The notes below the pieces were generated by a model. It searched no databases. It was not told where the DNA came from and saw only the letters and a list, made by a program, of their open reading frames with translations. From Oscillospiraceae bacterium (GTDB taxonomy: Bacteria; Bacillota; Clostridia; Oscillospirales; Ruminococcaceae), in NCBI GenBank assembly GCA_017460835.1, contig JAFUAD010000039.1, forward strand, positions 3,655-67,654: a stretch of DNA of 64,000 nt, in the 5' to 3' direction. Positions within the stretch are counted from its first letter, which is position 1, and the number at the start of each line of letters is the position of its first letter. Positions 38,748-47,713 of this stretch are shown one piece after another. The position numbers and the translations under genes are program-made.

Positions 38748-40429
38748 ACAGAGTGAAAAGCTGTTTGACATTAAAAAAGTCGAATTGTAAGAACTGTTAT
38801 AAATGTATTCGGCATTGTCCGGTGAAATCCATTCGGTTCTCCGGCAATCAGGCTCATATTATCGAGCAGGATTGTATCCTGTGCGGACAGTGCTTTGTTG
38901 TATGTCCGCAGGATGCAAAACAGATCGTTGATGAAACGGAAAAGGTGCGCGTATTGCTGCAAAGCGGCGCACCGGTCGTAGTCAGTCTGGCACCGTCATT
39001 TATTGCAAATTACGACGGTGTTGGAATTGAATCCATGCGGAATGCACTGAAACAACTTGGTTTTTACGATGTTGAGGAAACTGCAATCGGTGCAACCTTT
39101 GTAAAGCGAGAATACGAACGGCTGCTTCGTGATGAAAAAAGAGACATCGTGATCTCCTCATGCTGCCATACTGTAAATCTGCTGATTCAAAAATATTTCC
39201 AGAAAGCACTGCCGTACTTGGCAAATGTGCTTTCCCCGATGCAGGCGCACTGCATGGATATCAAAGCACGCATTCCAAATGCGAAAACGGTTTTTATCGG
39301 TCCATGCGTTTCAAAAAAGGATGAAGCGGAATACTATGGCGACACGGTGGATGCCGTTTTAACCTTTGATGAACTGTCCGCTTGGCTGAAAAAAGAACAT
39401 ATTTCTTTGGAACAGTCTGATGCGCCCAAGACCGAGGGGCGTGCCAGATTTTTCCCGACAGCAGGCGGCATCCTGAAAACAATGGAGCAGAATCAGCCCG
39501 GGTATACATATCTGGCAGTTGACGGTGTGGAAAACTGCATCCGCGTTTTGCATGAAATTGAAAACGGCACACTCCGTCAATGTTTCATTGAAATGTCATC
39601 CTGCGCCGGAAGCTGCATCGGCGGTCCTGCTATGGAACGGCATCCGCGCAGTCCTGTGCGTGATTATATCGCAGTATCCCAATATGCGGGGACGGCGGAT
39701 TTTGCAGTGCATCAGCCGAATTATGCCGCATTGCAAAAGCAGTTTTCCTATATTGAACGCAGTGCGGCATTGCCGTCCGAGATTGAGATCAGACAAATTC
39801 TCGAACAGATGGGGAAGTTCAAACCGGAACAGGAGCTGAACTGCGGTTCCTGCGGATATGACTCCTGTCGGGAAAAGGCGATTGCGATTTATCAGGGAAA
39901 AGCCGATATGTCCATGTGCCTCCCTTATTTGAAGGAAAAAGCGGAAAGTTTTTCGGATACGATCGTAAAAAACACACCGAACGGTCTGATTGTATTGAAT
40001 CAATCGCTTGAGGTGCAGCAGATCAATGCGGCAGCAATGCAAATCATGAACATCCGCTATGCAGGTGATGTGCTGGGCGATCAGGTCGTGCGGATTCTGG
40101 AACCGAAAATCTTTCTCGATGTCCTGAAAACAGGGCGCGGTGTCTACAATGAACGTATTTATCTTGCAGAATACAGCCGCTTTGTGGAGCGTACCATTGT
40201 GCAGGACAGAGAGAGTAAAATGCTCATATGCATCATGCGTGATGTGACAAATGAGGAAAACGAGCGAAAGAAAAAAGAGACAATCAGTCGAAACACGGTT
40301 GAGGTTGCGGATAAAGTGATCGACAAGCAGATGCGGATTGTGCAGGAAATTGCATCTCTGCTCGGGGAAACAGCGGCGGAAACCAAAATTGCGCTGTCAA
40401 AGCTCAAGGAGTCGATGGAAGATGAATGA
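38744..40429 (+). CDS. hydS: Putative sensory [FeFe]-hydrogenase (HydS-type, group C) with C-terminal PAS domain, 561 aa
   Basis: Two 4Fe-4S motifs (CKNCYKCIRHCP, CILCGQCFVVCP). H-cluster-like motifs SSCCHTV, GPCVSKKDE, EMSSCAGSCIGGP. Extra CGSCGYDSC-x16-C (Cx2Cx4Cx16C) at 39842-39919, followed by a PAS-like segment. Confidence 0.8.
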   Translation: MNRVKSCLTLKKSNCKNCYKCIRHCPVKSIRFSGNQAHIIEQDCILCGQCFVVCPQDAKQIVDETEKVRVLLQSGAPVVVSLAPSFIANYDGVGIESMRNALKQLGFYDVEETAIGATFVKREYERLLRDEKRDIVISSCCHTVNLLIQKYFQKALPYLANVLSPMQAHCMDIKARIPNAKTVFIGPCVSKKDEAEYYGDTVDAVLTFDELSAWLKKEHISLEQSDAPKTEGRARFFPTAGGILKTMEQNQPGYTYLAVDGVENCIRVLHEIENGTLRQCFIEMSSCAGSCIGGPAMERHPRSPVRDYIAVSQYAGTADFAVHQPNYAALQKQFSYIERSAALPSEIEIRQILEQMGKFKPEQELNCGSCGYDSCREKAIAIYQGKADMSMCLPYLKEKAESFSDTIVKNTPNGLIVLNQSLEVQQINAAAMQIMNIRYAGDVLGDQVVRILEPKIFLDVLKTGRGVYNERIYLAEYSRFVERTIVQDRESKMLICIMRDVTNEENERKKKETISRNTVEVADKVIDKQMRIVQEIASLLGETAAETKIALSKLKESMEDE

Positions 40430-41594
40430 TCTTTGTGCAGATATCGGATATAAAAGTGTCAATCACGTCGGGGAGCAGCTCTGCGGAGATCATATCGACA
40501 TCGTGGAGCAGAATGAAAACTCGTCTGTCATTGTTCTGGCAGACGGGCTCGGCAGCGGTGTGAAGGCGAGCATTCTATCCACATTGACATCGAAAATCAT
40601 TTCTACAATGCTTGCCGCAGGATTGCCGCTTGAGGAGTGCGTCTCAACCATTGCCGCGACCCTGCCGGTGTGTTCGGTGCGCGGTGTCGCATATTCGACA
40701 TTTACCATTGTGCATCTGATCGACAATGAAATTGCAGAGTTGATTCAATATGACAATCCGCTTGTGATTTTGATTCGGGATGAAAAAGTGATCGACTATC
40801 CGCGGACGGAAATGAATATCGGCGGAAAAACAATATTTCGCTCGGAAATTCGGTTACAGGAAAACGATATTTTTATTATGATGAGCGACGGATGTCCGCA
40901 CGCAGGAATCGGACTGGCATTTAATTTCGGCTGGAAGCGAGAGGATATTGCTGACTTTATGGAGGGGCTTGCACCGGTCGGGTATACGGCAAAAACACTC
41001 TCCACGATCTTGGTGGACGAATGCGACAAGCTATACGGTCATAAGCCCGGTGACGATGCAACGGCGTGTGTCATCCGCATACGGAAGCGTGTGCCGATGA
41101 ATATTTTATTCGGACCGCCGTCCAATCGGGATGACTGTGACCGTATGATGAGTTTGTTTTTCTCCAAGGAAGGCAAGCACATTATCTGCGGCGGCACTAC
41201 ATCCACCATTGCCGCAAATTGGCTCAAAAAACCGTTGCAGGCAAGTCTTCATTTTGAACGCGGCGATGTACCGCCGATTGCCAGCATTGAGGGAGTTGAT
41301 CTGGTGACAGAGGGGGTCATCACGGTCAATAAAGTGCTGGAATATGCGAAGGATCATCTTGACCAAAATGCGCTCTATGAGCATTGGAGTCTGAAACGGG
41401 ACGGCGCTTCCCTGATCAGCCGTATGCTGTTTGAGGAAGCGACAGACATCAATTTCTATGTCGGGCGTGCGATCAATCCGGCACATCAAAATCCTGATCT
41501 GCCGATCAATTTTAGCATAAAAATGAATCTGGTACAAGAGCTTTCCGCCGCGCTCAGGCAGATGGGCAAACGCATCAAGGTCAGTTATTTCTGA
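40422..41594 (+). CDS. PP2C/SpoIIE-family serine/threonine phosphatase, 390 aa
   Basis: GEQLCGDHIDIV...VIVLADGLGSGVKASILS...IFIMMSDG are PP2C/SpoIIE metal-binding Asp motifs. ATG 40422 overlaps the hydS stop. Confidence 0.85.
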   Translation: MNDLCADIGYKSVNHVGEQLCGDHIDIVEQNENSSVIVLADGLGSGVKASILSTLTSKIISTMLAAGLPLEECVSTIAATLPVCSVRGVAYSTFTIVHLIDNEIAELIQYDNPLVILIRDEKVIDYPRTEMNIGGKTIFRSEIRLQENDIFIMMSDGCPHAGIGLAFNFGWKREDIADFMEGLAPVGYTAKTLSTILVDECDKLYGHKPGDDATACVIRIRKRVPMNILFGPPSNRDDCDRMMSLFFSKEGKHIICGGTTSTIAANWLKKPLQASLHFERGDVPPIASIEGVDLVTEGVITVNKVLEYAKDHLDQNALYEHWSLKRDGASLISRMLFEEATDINFYVGRAINPAHQNPDLPINFSIKMNLVQELSAALRQMGKRIKVSYF

Positions 41595-41614
41595 GGGAAG
41601 GAACGGGATCCGCC

Positions 41615-43048
41615 ATGCGGAAATTTGATACAAAAGTACAATATTTAAAATACAAGGTGCTGCGTGAGGTAGCGCGGCTGGCATGGCAGGGCACACTCTG
41701 GGAAAACGTTCTGAACATTCCGAAAATGATTGTACCCGGAAAAACGCCGACCATGCGGTGCTGTGTCTATAAAGAACGTGCAATTCTAGCCGAGCGTGTG
41801 AAAATCGCGATCGGGGGCAATCCGGAAAATCCGAATGTAATAGAGGTCATTGATATTGCCTGCGATGAATGTCCTGCCGCTGGTTATGAGGTAACCGACT
41901 CCTGCCGCGGCTGTCTTGCACATCGCTGTGAGGATGCCTGCCGTCGCGGTGCCATTTCATTCGACCAAAATCATACGGCACATATTGATAAATCAAAGTG
42001 TGTTGAATGTGGGCAGTGTGCGAAGGTCTGTCCGTATTCTGCGATTGCAAACCGAAAACGTCCGTGTCAGAATGCCTGTAAAATCAAGGCAATCTCAATC
42101 AATGGTGAGAATGCCGCAGCCATTGACAATGAAAAATGTATTGCCTGCGGTGCTTGCGTATATCAATGTCCGTTCGGCGCCATTATGGATAAATCCTTTA
42201 TGTTGGACGTGGTTGACTTAATCAAGCAAAGTGAAGCCGGGCAGAATTATCGGCTTTATGCAGTGGTCGCACCGTCTATTGCGAGCCAGTTTACCTATGC
42301 AAAGCTCGGTCAGGTTGTGACGGGACTGAAAAAGCTGGGGTTTCATACTGTGATCGAGGCGGCACTCGGCGCGGATATGGTCGCATATGAAGAATCGAAG
42401 GAGCTTGCAGAAAAGGGCTTTTTGACAAGTTCCTGCTGTCCGGCATTCGTGCGCTATGTGCAGACAGCCTATCCGGAACTGGCAGAGCATATTTCGCACA
42501 ATTTGTCACCAATGGCAATGATCGCAAAGTATATCAAGGATACAACTGAAAACGCAAAAATCATCTTCATCGGACCGTGTACTGCGAAAAAAATGGAGGT
42601 GCAGCTTGCGTCTGTCAAACCGTATGTAGATACTGCATTGACCTTTGAAGAATTGCAGGCACTGTTTGACAGCAGAGATATTGAGCTTTCCGAATTAGAG
42701 GAGGATGTGCTGGACAATGCCTCTTTCTACGGCCGAATCTTTGCAAGAAGCGGCGGCGTTTCCGAGGCAGTCGCACAGGCCGCGAAAGAGCATCAGATTA
42801 CAGACTTTGCGGTCAAGGCGTGCCCCTGCGATGGCATTGAGGCATGCAAAGCTGCGCTCATGCGCAAAAAGCGCAACACACTGGATGCGAACTTTATCGA
42901 AGGAATGGCATGTGAGGGCGGCTGCATCGGGGGTGCCGGCTGCCTGACACACGGTGACCGAAACAAAGCACAGGTCGATGCCTACGGAAAACAGGCGCTT
43001 GAAAAAACAATTACAGATGCAGTTTCCATGCTGCATTCCGTGCAATGA
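41615..43048 (+). CDS. hydA: Monomeric [FeFe]-hydrogenase (group B-type), 477 aa
   Basis: Ferredoxin-type clusters (CVECGQCAKVCP, CIACGACVYQCP) and H-cluster motifs TSSCCPAF, IGPCTAKKME, EGMACEGGCIGG. Confidence 0.88.
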   Translation: MRKFDTKVQYLKYKVLREVARLAWQGTLWENVLNIPKMIVPGKTPTMRCCVYKERAILAERVKIAIGGNPENPNVIEVIDIACDECPAAGYEVTDSCRGCLAHRCEDACRRGAISFDQNHTAHIDKSKCVECGQCAKVCPYSAIANRKRPCQNACKIKAISINGENAAAIDNEKCIACGACVYQCPFGAIMDKSFMLDVVDLIKQSEAGQNYRLYAVVAPSIASQFTYAKLGQVVTGLKKLGFHTVIEAALGADMVAYEESKELAEKGFLTSSCCPAFVRYVQTAYPELAEHISHNLSPMAMIAKYIKDTTENAKIIFIGPCTAKKMEVQLASVKPYVDTALTFEELQALFDSRDIELSELEEDVLDNASFYGRIFARSGGVSEAVAQAAKEHQITDFAVKACPCDGIEACKAALMRKKRNTLDANFIEGMACEGGCIGGAGCLTHGDRNKAQVDAYGKQALEKTITDAVSMLHSVQ

Positions 43049-43063
43049 ATGATGCGGCTCTGT

Positions 43064-43441
43064 TTAGGCAGAGTCGCTGTTCATATTTGCACTTTTGATC
43101 AAACTCCGCATGAACCCCCTCGCTGCAATGCTCGAAATATCCCCGTTCCGACTGAGAAGGCAGATAGAAAACTGTGGCAACACCTCTGACAGTGTGAGCG
43201 CATATACACCGGAGGAATCCTGTAAAAACGGTGCCGGGACAAACCCGATTCCGAGATTGTGCCGTACAAGCGGAAGAATCTGATTTGCTGCTGCCGTTTC
43301 TGTTTCCGGCGCAAACCGCAGTCCGTGCCGCAAAAACCAGTCCGAATACACTGCGTGCGTCTGTGTATGTACACCGAGAGATACAAGCGGAAATTGGAGG
43401 CTTCTGGCATGAGTGTGGGTAAAAATCGACCTGTCAGCCAC
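43064..43441 (-). pseudogene. LysR-family regulator remnant (C-terminal about 120 aa only)
   Basis: ILPLVRHNLGIGFVPAPFL...ICLLSRNGDISSIAARGFMRSL is the end of a LysR effector domain. No wHTH is present, and an in-frame stop lies 2 codons upstream of the GTG. Confidence 0.6.
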
Positions 43442-43500
43442 ACATCAAAGCTGTTCTTAGATTCCGAACCAGAGGCAAAGCCAGCCACCGCCGTAAGGCG

Positions 43501-43612
43501 GCTTGCCTTTGACAGGTTCTGAAAGAAATGCTACAATGGCTGACCAACGGTGAACCTACAAAGCTGTTCTTGAGTTCGTCACCGTCGGTACCGACTTCAT
43601 AGCATTTCTTTC
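43501..43612. repeat. Long imperfect hairpin in the non-coding junction
   Basis: The 15-nt perfect arms CTGAAAGAAATGCTA (43509-43523) and TAGCATTTCTTTCAG (43590-43604) enclose a second stem, ACCaACGGTG/CACCGTcGGT. A 13-nt direct repeat CAAAGCTGTTCTT occurs at 43446 and 43549. Confidence 0.5.
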
Positions 43613-43714
43613 AGGTTCTGTCAAGGGTGGCGGTCGCCTTGCAGGAACTATCCTGATGTTGTAAGATGTTAGAGTACACACTCTGCATTTACCGCACCAG
43701 AGGTGCTCCTGAAT

Positions 43715-43835
43715 ATGGAATCTGCCAAGTTTCTCTGCAAGAAGCTTTTGAATTTCAAGAACACAGTTATCACTGACTGCGAGTTCTATACGGATACCGA
43801 TAATATCAACCACATTCGCATTCAGGCACGTCCGA
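43715..43835 (+). mobile_element. ISL3-family transposase N-terminal fragment (about 40 codons)
   Basis: MESAKFLCKKLLNFKNTVITDCEFYTDTDNINHIRIQARPS resembles the ISL3 transposase N-terminus (LLxIKDxNIxITD...). The similarity is lost where the opposite-strand gene begins. Confidence 0.35.
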
Positions 43836-44827
43836 GTAAACGGTATCGAGCAAGGGCAGCGTGCCAGTCATCAATCCGATTACAGCACTATCTTCACTAT
43901 CCGGATACAGCCCCTTCACATGGTCAAATATCCGCTGCCACGATTCCGCAGGCTCCTCACTGTAAGCACTCGTCATAAGATCATACCCCCAGATCGTTTC
44001 CGGCGGGAACATTACAGAAACACTCATTCCGTATTCTGCGCCTTTCTTGTTTTTGCGTCGCTGAAAGTCTGTGATTACGAGATATAGCTGCATTTGCAGC
44101 CCAGTGATGATGCCGGGATAGTTTTTTAGTCCACCCTTGCCGAAACCGAATAATTTTTTCAGTTCTGTTGAGAGAATCACATCCTGATTCCAGAGTATAT
44201 CACCATCGCTATCTTCACTGATATACTTGCCTCTGTTGCAAAATATACGAATGTATATTTTGCAGGTTGCGAAGCAGCCAAAAGGTCGCTGTGCGACCTT
44301 TTACAGAGGCTGTATCACGGAGCGCTAGCGGCGCTGTGCGCCGCCCGCCGTCAAAGACGGCGGTTGCAAAATAGATATTTTGCAATAGCGCGTAGTATAT
44401 AATAATCCATGATGACCTTCTCTCGGTAAGTTGCTAGTCCGTCCTCATAGCGTGAATCAAAATCATAGCCGTTACGCCTATAATTTGCAAAGTACGGCAG
44501 CCACTTCTTGCTGATAAAGCCTGCCTTCTTGTCAAAGAACTTCCCGTATGCAACCTGATGACTTGCGGCGATGATCTCCCGCCACTCCCATGGATCCTGC
44601 TCCCTGTTACCAGTCCACCAGTAATTCGAGGAGACATGCTCTTCTGCCGAAAAGCCTGTGATGTCATTTGCGAACAGCGGCAGGAAGCCGATCTCGTTTA
44701 CCCAGCTTACAAGCTCCTGCCATGTGCGTATCCTATATGGATCATCCCAAGACAAGCCCCGCATGATCCACTCTCCGTTTTCTACTGCCATATAGTTCTG
44801 CCGCCATCCTCTCTTATCATTCTCCAC
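43806..44827 (-). pseudogene. AlkZ-related / winged-helix (HTH_42-like) protein gene split by a roughly 150-nt insert
   Basis: The N-part (44351-44827: WWTGNREQDPWEWREIIAASHQVAYGKFFDKKAGFISKKW) and C-part (43806-44230: LKKLFGFGKGGLKNYPGIITGLQMQLYLVITDFQRRKNKKG) read like one protein family (from memory). They are in different frames and are separated by a hairpin-rich block. Confidence 0.5.
44229..44385. repeat. Five-hairpin palindromic insert (MITE-like or structured-RNA element)
   Basis: Consecutive perfect stems: 44237-44264 (12 bp), 44280-44302 (10 bp), 44329-44343 (6 bp), 44345-44363 (8 bp), 44364-44385 (10 bp). Both ends carry TTGCAAAATA. Confidence 0.6.
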
Positions 44828-44886
44828 GATCTGCTCCGCACACTTGCCGCACTTGCCGAAGTGCAGTTCACCTCCAAGAAAACAGC

Positions 44887-47688
44887 TTACACTAAATGAA
44901 TAGAGCCGATTCTCACTACCACCTCAAGCTGAAGTTTGCTCTTTGATCCGTTATCAAACTGAACTTCTATCACATGGATATCATCTCTTATGGTTTCAAG
45001 TCCGACAATAATCCCTTCGCCATAAGTAGCATGTTTTATCCGTGTGTTGACGGTATACGGCGCAAGGTCTGAATCAGCCTGAATGGGTTTCGTTTCCATT
45101 TTCGGTTCTTTAATTTGAACATCAGGATGACGGATGACCGGCTCTCTTGCTGTTCTGTCGGGTGGAGCAACCGAATTCACAAATTCAGATGCGCATTCGC
45201 TGACATAGAACAAATGCAGTTCGTTCTTTGCACGTGTGATCCCCACATAGAATAAGCGTCTCTCTTCCTCATAAGTATCGACACGCTCCTGCTCCGGTGC
45301 ATCTTCCCGGCACGAATGTGGGAGACATCCATCATAAACATCTACGATATAGACTGTATCAAATTCAAGCCCTTTGGCGGAATGAATAGTTGAGAGTATG
45401 ACAGGGTTCTCCTCTGTGCATTTGTAGCTCTCAATCAACTGCGGCAACTGCTCCAGTCGTGCAAGAAATCCTTTTATGGTCTCCTCATGAACGGCCAAGG
45501 CATATAGAATGTCCACCTTTCCTATGTCAAGTTCCTTTTCCTTGGCATAGGCATAGTACCAGAAACGGCAAATCAAGTCAATTGCATCATGTGGCTTTGA
45601 GGCTGCGATTTTCTTGAACTTATTCCGGAAATCCTCCGCTTTACGCATCAATGTTGGCCATTGAGACATCTGGTTTATCAGTTCATCGGCTATTGTGATT
45701 CGCTTCTGCGTAGCTTTTCTACAGCTCCAATATGCTGCATTCTTTTTGAATCCATATCCGCACTTATAATACACCTGATTAAATGCTTCGGCATCATTCA
45801 GATTGATAGCGAATCTCAGGAAATAAACAATGTCTTGAACGACCTTGCTTGTAAAAAAGTTCTCTCCAGCTTCTTTCAGACGAACAAATGGGATACTCTC
45901 ACGAAGGAACAAGTCCATCAAAGGAATAGCACTGCCGTTGTTGCGATAAAGTACTGCCATCTGACCGTGCTCTTTCTTGGATATCTCAGCAATTGCAGAA
46001 TACTGCTGATGCTTTTTTCTGACCGTTATTCTCTCAATCGGCTTTCCATCGCCTCGGCTGGCAACCATGTGCTTTTCAGAATGACGATTGATATTCTGGC
46101 TTATGAACCGTTGTGCTGCAGAGACGATGGGCTTAGTAGAGCGATAATTCGTCTCAAGAAACAGGATGTACGGGTTGGTATATGTGTCAGTGAAGTCAAG
46201 GAGCGCACGAGGGTAAGCCGCACGGAAGCGATAAATACTCTGGTCTTCGTCTCCAACCATGAAGATATTGTTATGCTTCGATGCAAGTATTCTTATGATT
46301 TCATGCTGAATTTTTGATGTGTCCTGCGCTTCATCCACACAGATATATTGATATTGAGCTTGAAACCATGCTAATACATCTGCGTAAATAATCAGGATAC
46401 TCCTTGCATAGATCAACTGGTCATCAAAATCCATGCGTTGTTGCGATTTGAGCGTGTTGACATATTTATTGAAGAACTCCTCATAGAAAGGCTCATCATG
46501 CAAATACTCAGCCCTCTGTTCAGCCGTTGTCATCATCATATTTTTGATGTAGCTGATAACTGTCTGAGCTGCAATTAAATCTGCTTCGTGCGGAAATTGG
46601 TCACCAGTAAGCGCAATGTAGATTGACTTAATGATGTTGGCTTGCTCATTCGCTTTCAGCATTGTAAATCGTGTACGCTGATGTATCTGAACATATTTAT
46701 TGATTACCTGTTCACACAGGGAATTGATAGTGCGAACGTTTAGACGTTTTGCTATCTCGGGATCGAATTTCTCTGCAAAACGCCGTTTGATGTCATTAGT
46801 CGCACTGACTGTATATGTGATCGCAAGGATATTCTCCGGAGCGATTTTCTTACAGTAGATCATGTAGCCCATTCTAGCAACCATGACTGTGGTCTTACCG
46901 CTGCCGGGGACAGCAATCATCAGATTAGCACCACTGACTGCCTGTACTGCACGCTGCTGCTGTGGGTTCAATCTGATTTTGTACTTTTCAGAAAACGTCC
47001 GGAATACCTCATCTATTTGCATATCCAGATGTAGCGGCAGAGGGCAAACACCATTAATCAGACCGACATACTCTAAAAATGCATCCTTCGTATACTTACA
47101 TTTGATAAGGAATCCATCGTTGGTAAAAGCCTGAATATGAAGGATGCATTCTCCCTCATCAGCAATCTGGAAAAACAAGTCGATTTCACCGGCACGCAGG
47201 TTATACTTCCGAAATGTTGAACGCGGCTTGCTCCATGCGAATTGGTTCACAGCTGATTCTGTGATTAATTCCTGCTCATAATCCTCTCGCATATCGTACA
47301 GCCATACAACCTTATACCCGATATTTCCATGATAGAACACGTTTCTGTCATTAAACTTTCCGGAAGAAAGCGGGCTGTGCTGAAACTCCACAACTGTTCT
47401 GTCAGTCAGAACATCTGCTCTGTGGCGTATATCATCGCACTGAACAACTACTTCCTGATTCTCAGGCGGAAACTGGTTCTGCCACCCGTAATGCCAGTCG
47501 GACATATCATACTGCCCGTTCCAGCTATCATTGCATTCGCAATTCGGATAATGAGAAAAATGACGTGCTCGTTCAGTACCTGACTTCACAAACATCTTTT
47601 CAAGACAAACAGGGCAGAAGAATGTATCGCCCTGAACCGCATCACTAATTGAAATGCGTTTTTGTTCTTTATCTAAGGCAATATACAT
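44887..47688 (-). CDS. CoiA-like nuclease domain fused to a UvrD/PcrA-type SF1 helicase with C-terminal Tudor-like tail, 933 aa
   Basis: N-terminus has FFCPVCLEKMFVKSGTERARHFSH...SDWHYGWQNQF...HRADVLTDRTVVEFQHSPLS...KVVWLYD (CoiA/PD-(D/E)xK-like). The helicase has AVPGSGKTT, VDEAQDT, VGDEDQSIYRFRAA, TNYRST, TIHSAKGLEFD, YVGITRAK. The C-terminus has HATYGEGIIVG. Confidence 0.85.
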   Translation of the reverse strand: MYIALDKEQKRISISDAVQGDTFFCPVCLEKMFVKSGTERARHFSHYPNCECNDSWNGQYDMSDWHYGWQNQFPPENQEVVVQCDDIRHRADVLTDRTVVEFQHSPLSSGKFNDRNVFYHGNIGYKVVWLYDMREDYEQELITESAVNQFAWSKPRSTFRKYNLRAGEIDLFFQIADEGECILHIQAFTNDGFLIKCKYTKDAFLEYVGLINGVCPLPLHLDMQIDEVFRTFSEKYKIRLNPQQQRAVQAVSGANLMIAVPGSGKTTVMVARMGYMIYCKKIAPENILAITYTVSATNDIKRRFAEKFDPEIAKRLNVRTINSLCEQVINKYVQIHQRTRFTMLKANEQANIIKSIYIALTGDQFPHEADLIAAQTVISYIKNMMMTTAEQRAEYLHDEPFYEEFFNKYVNTLKSQQRMDFDDQLIYARSILIIYADVLAWFQAQYQYICVDEAQDTSKIQHEIIRILASKHNNIFMVGDEDQSIYRFRAAYPRALLDFTDTYTNPYILFLETNYRSTKPIVSAAQRFISQNINRHSEKHMVASRGDGKPIERITVRKKHQQYSAIAEISKKEHGQMAVLYRNNGSAIPLMDLFLRESIPFVRLKEAGENFFTSKVVQDIVYFLRFAINLNDAEAFNQVYYKCGYGFKKNAAYWSCRKATQKRITIADELINQMSQWPTLMRKAEDFRNKFKKIAASKPHDAIDLICRFWYYAYAKEKELDIGKVDILYALAVHEETIKGFLARLEQLPQLIESYKCTEENPVILSTIHSAKGLEFDTVYIVDVYDGCLPHSCREDAPEQERVDTYEEERRLFYVGITRAKNELHLFYVSECASEFVNSVAPPDRTAREPVIRHPDVQIKEPKMETKPIQADSDLAPYTVNTRIKHATYGEGIIVGLETIRDDIHVIEVQFDNGSKSKLQLEVVVRIGSIHLV

Positions 47689-47713
47689 TTTCTGCCCTCC
47701 TTTGACTATTCAC

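Noticed and set aside
43099-43522. Overlapping ORFs 43099-43488 (minus), 43231-43422 and 43259-43522 (plus)
   Set aside because: They overlap the LysR fragment or hairpin-rich junction DNA in other frames and have no motifs or RBS.
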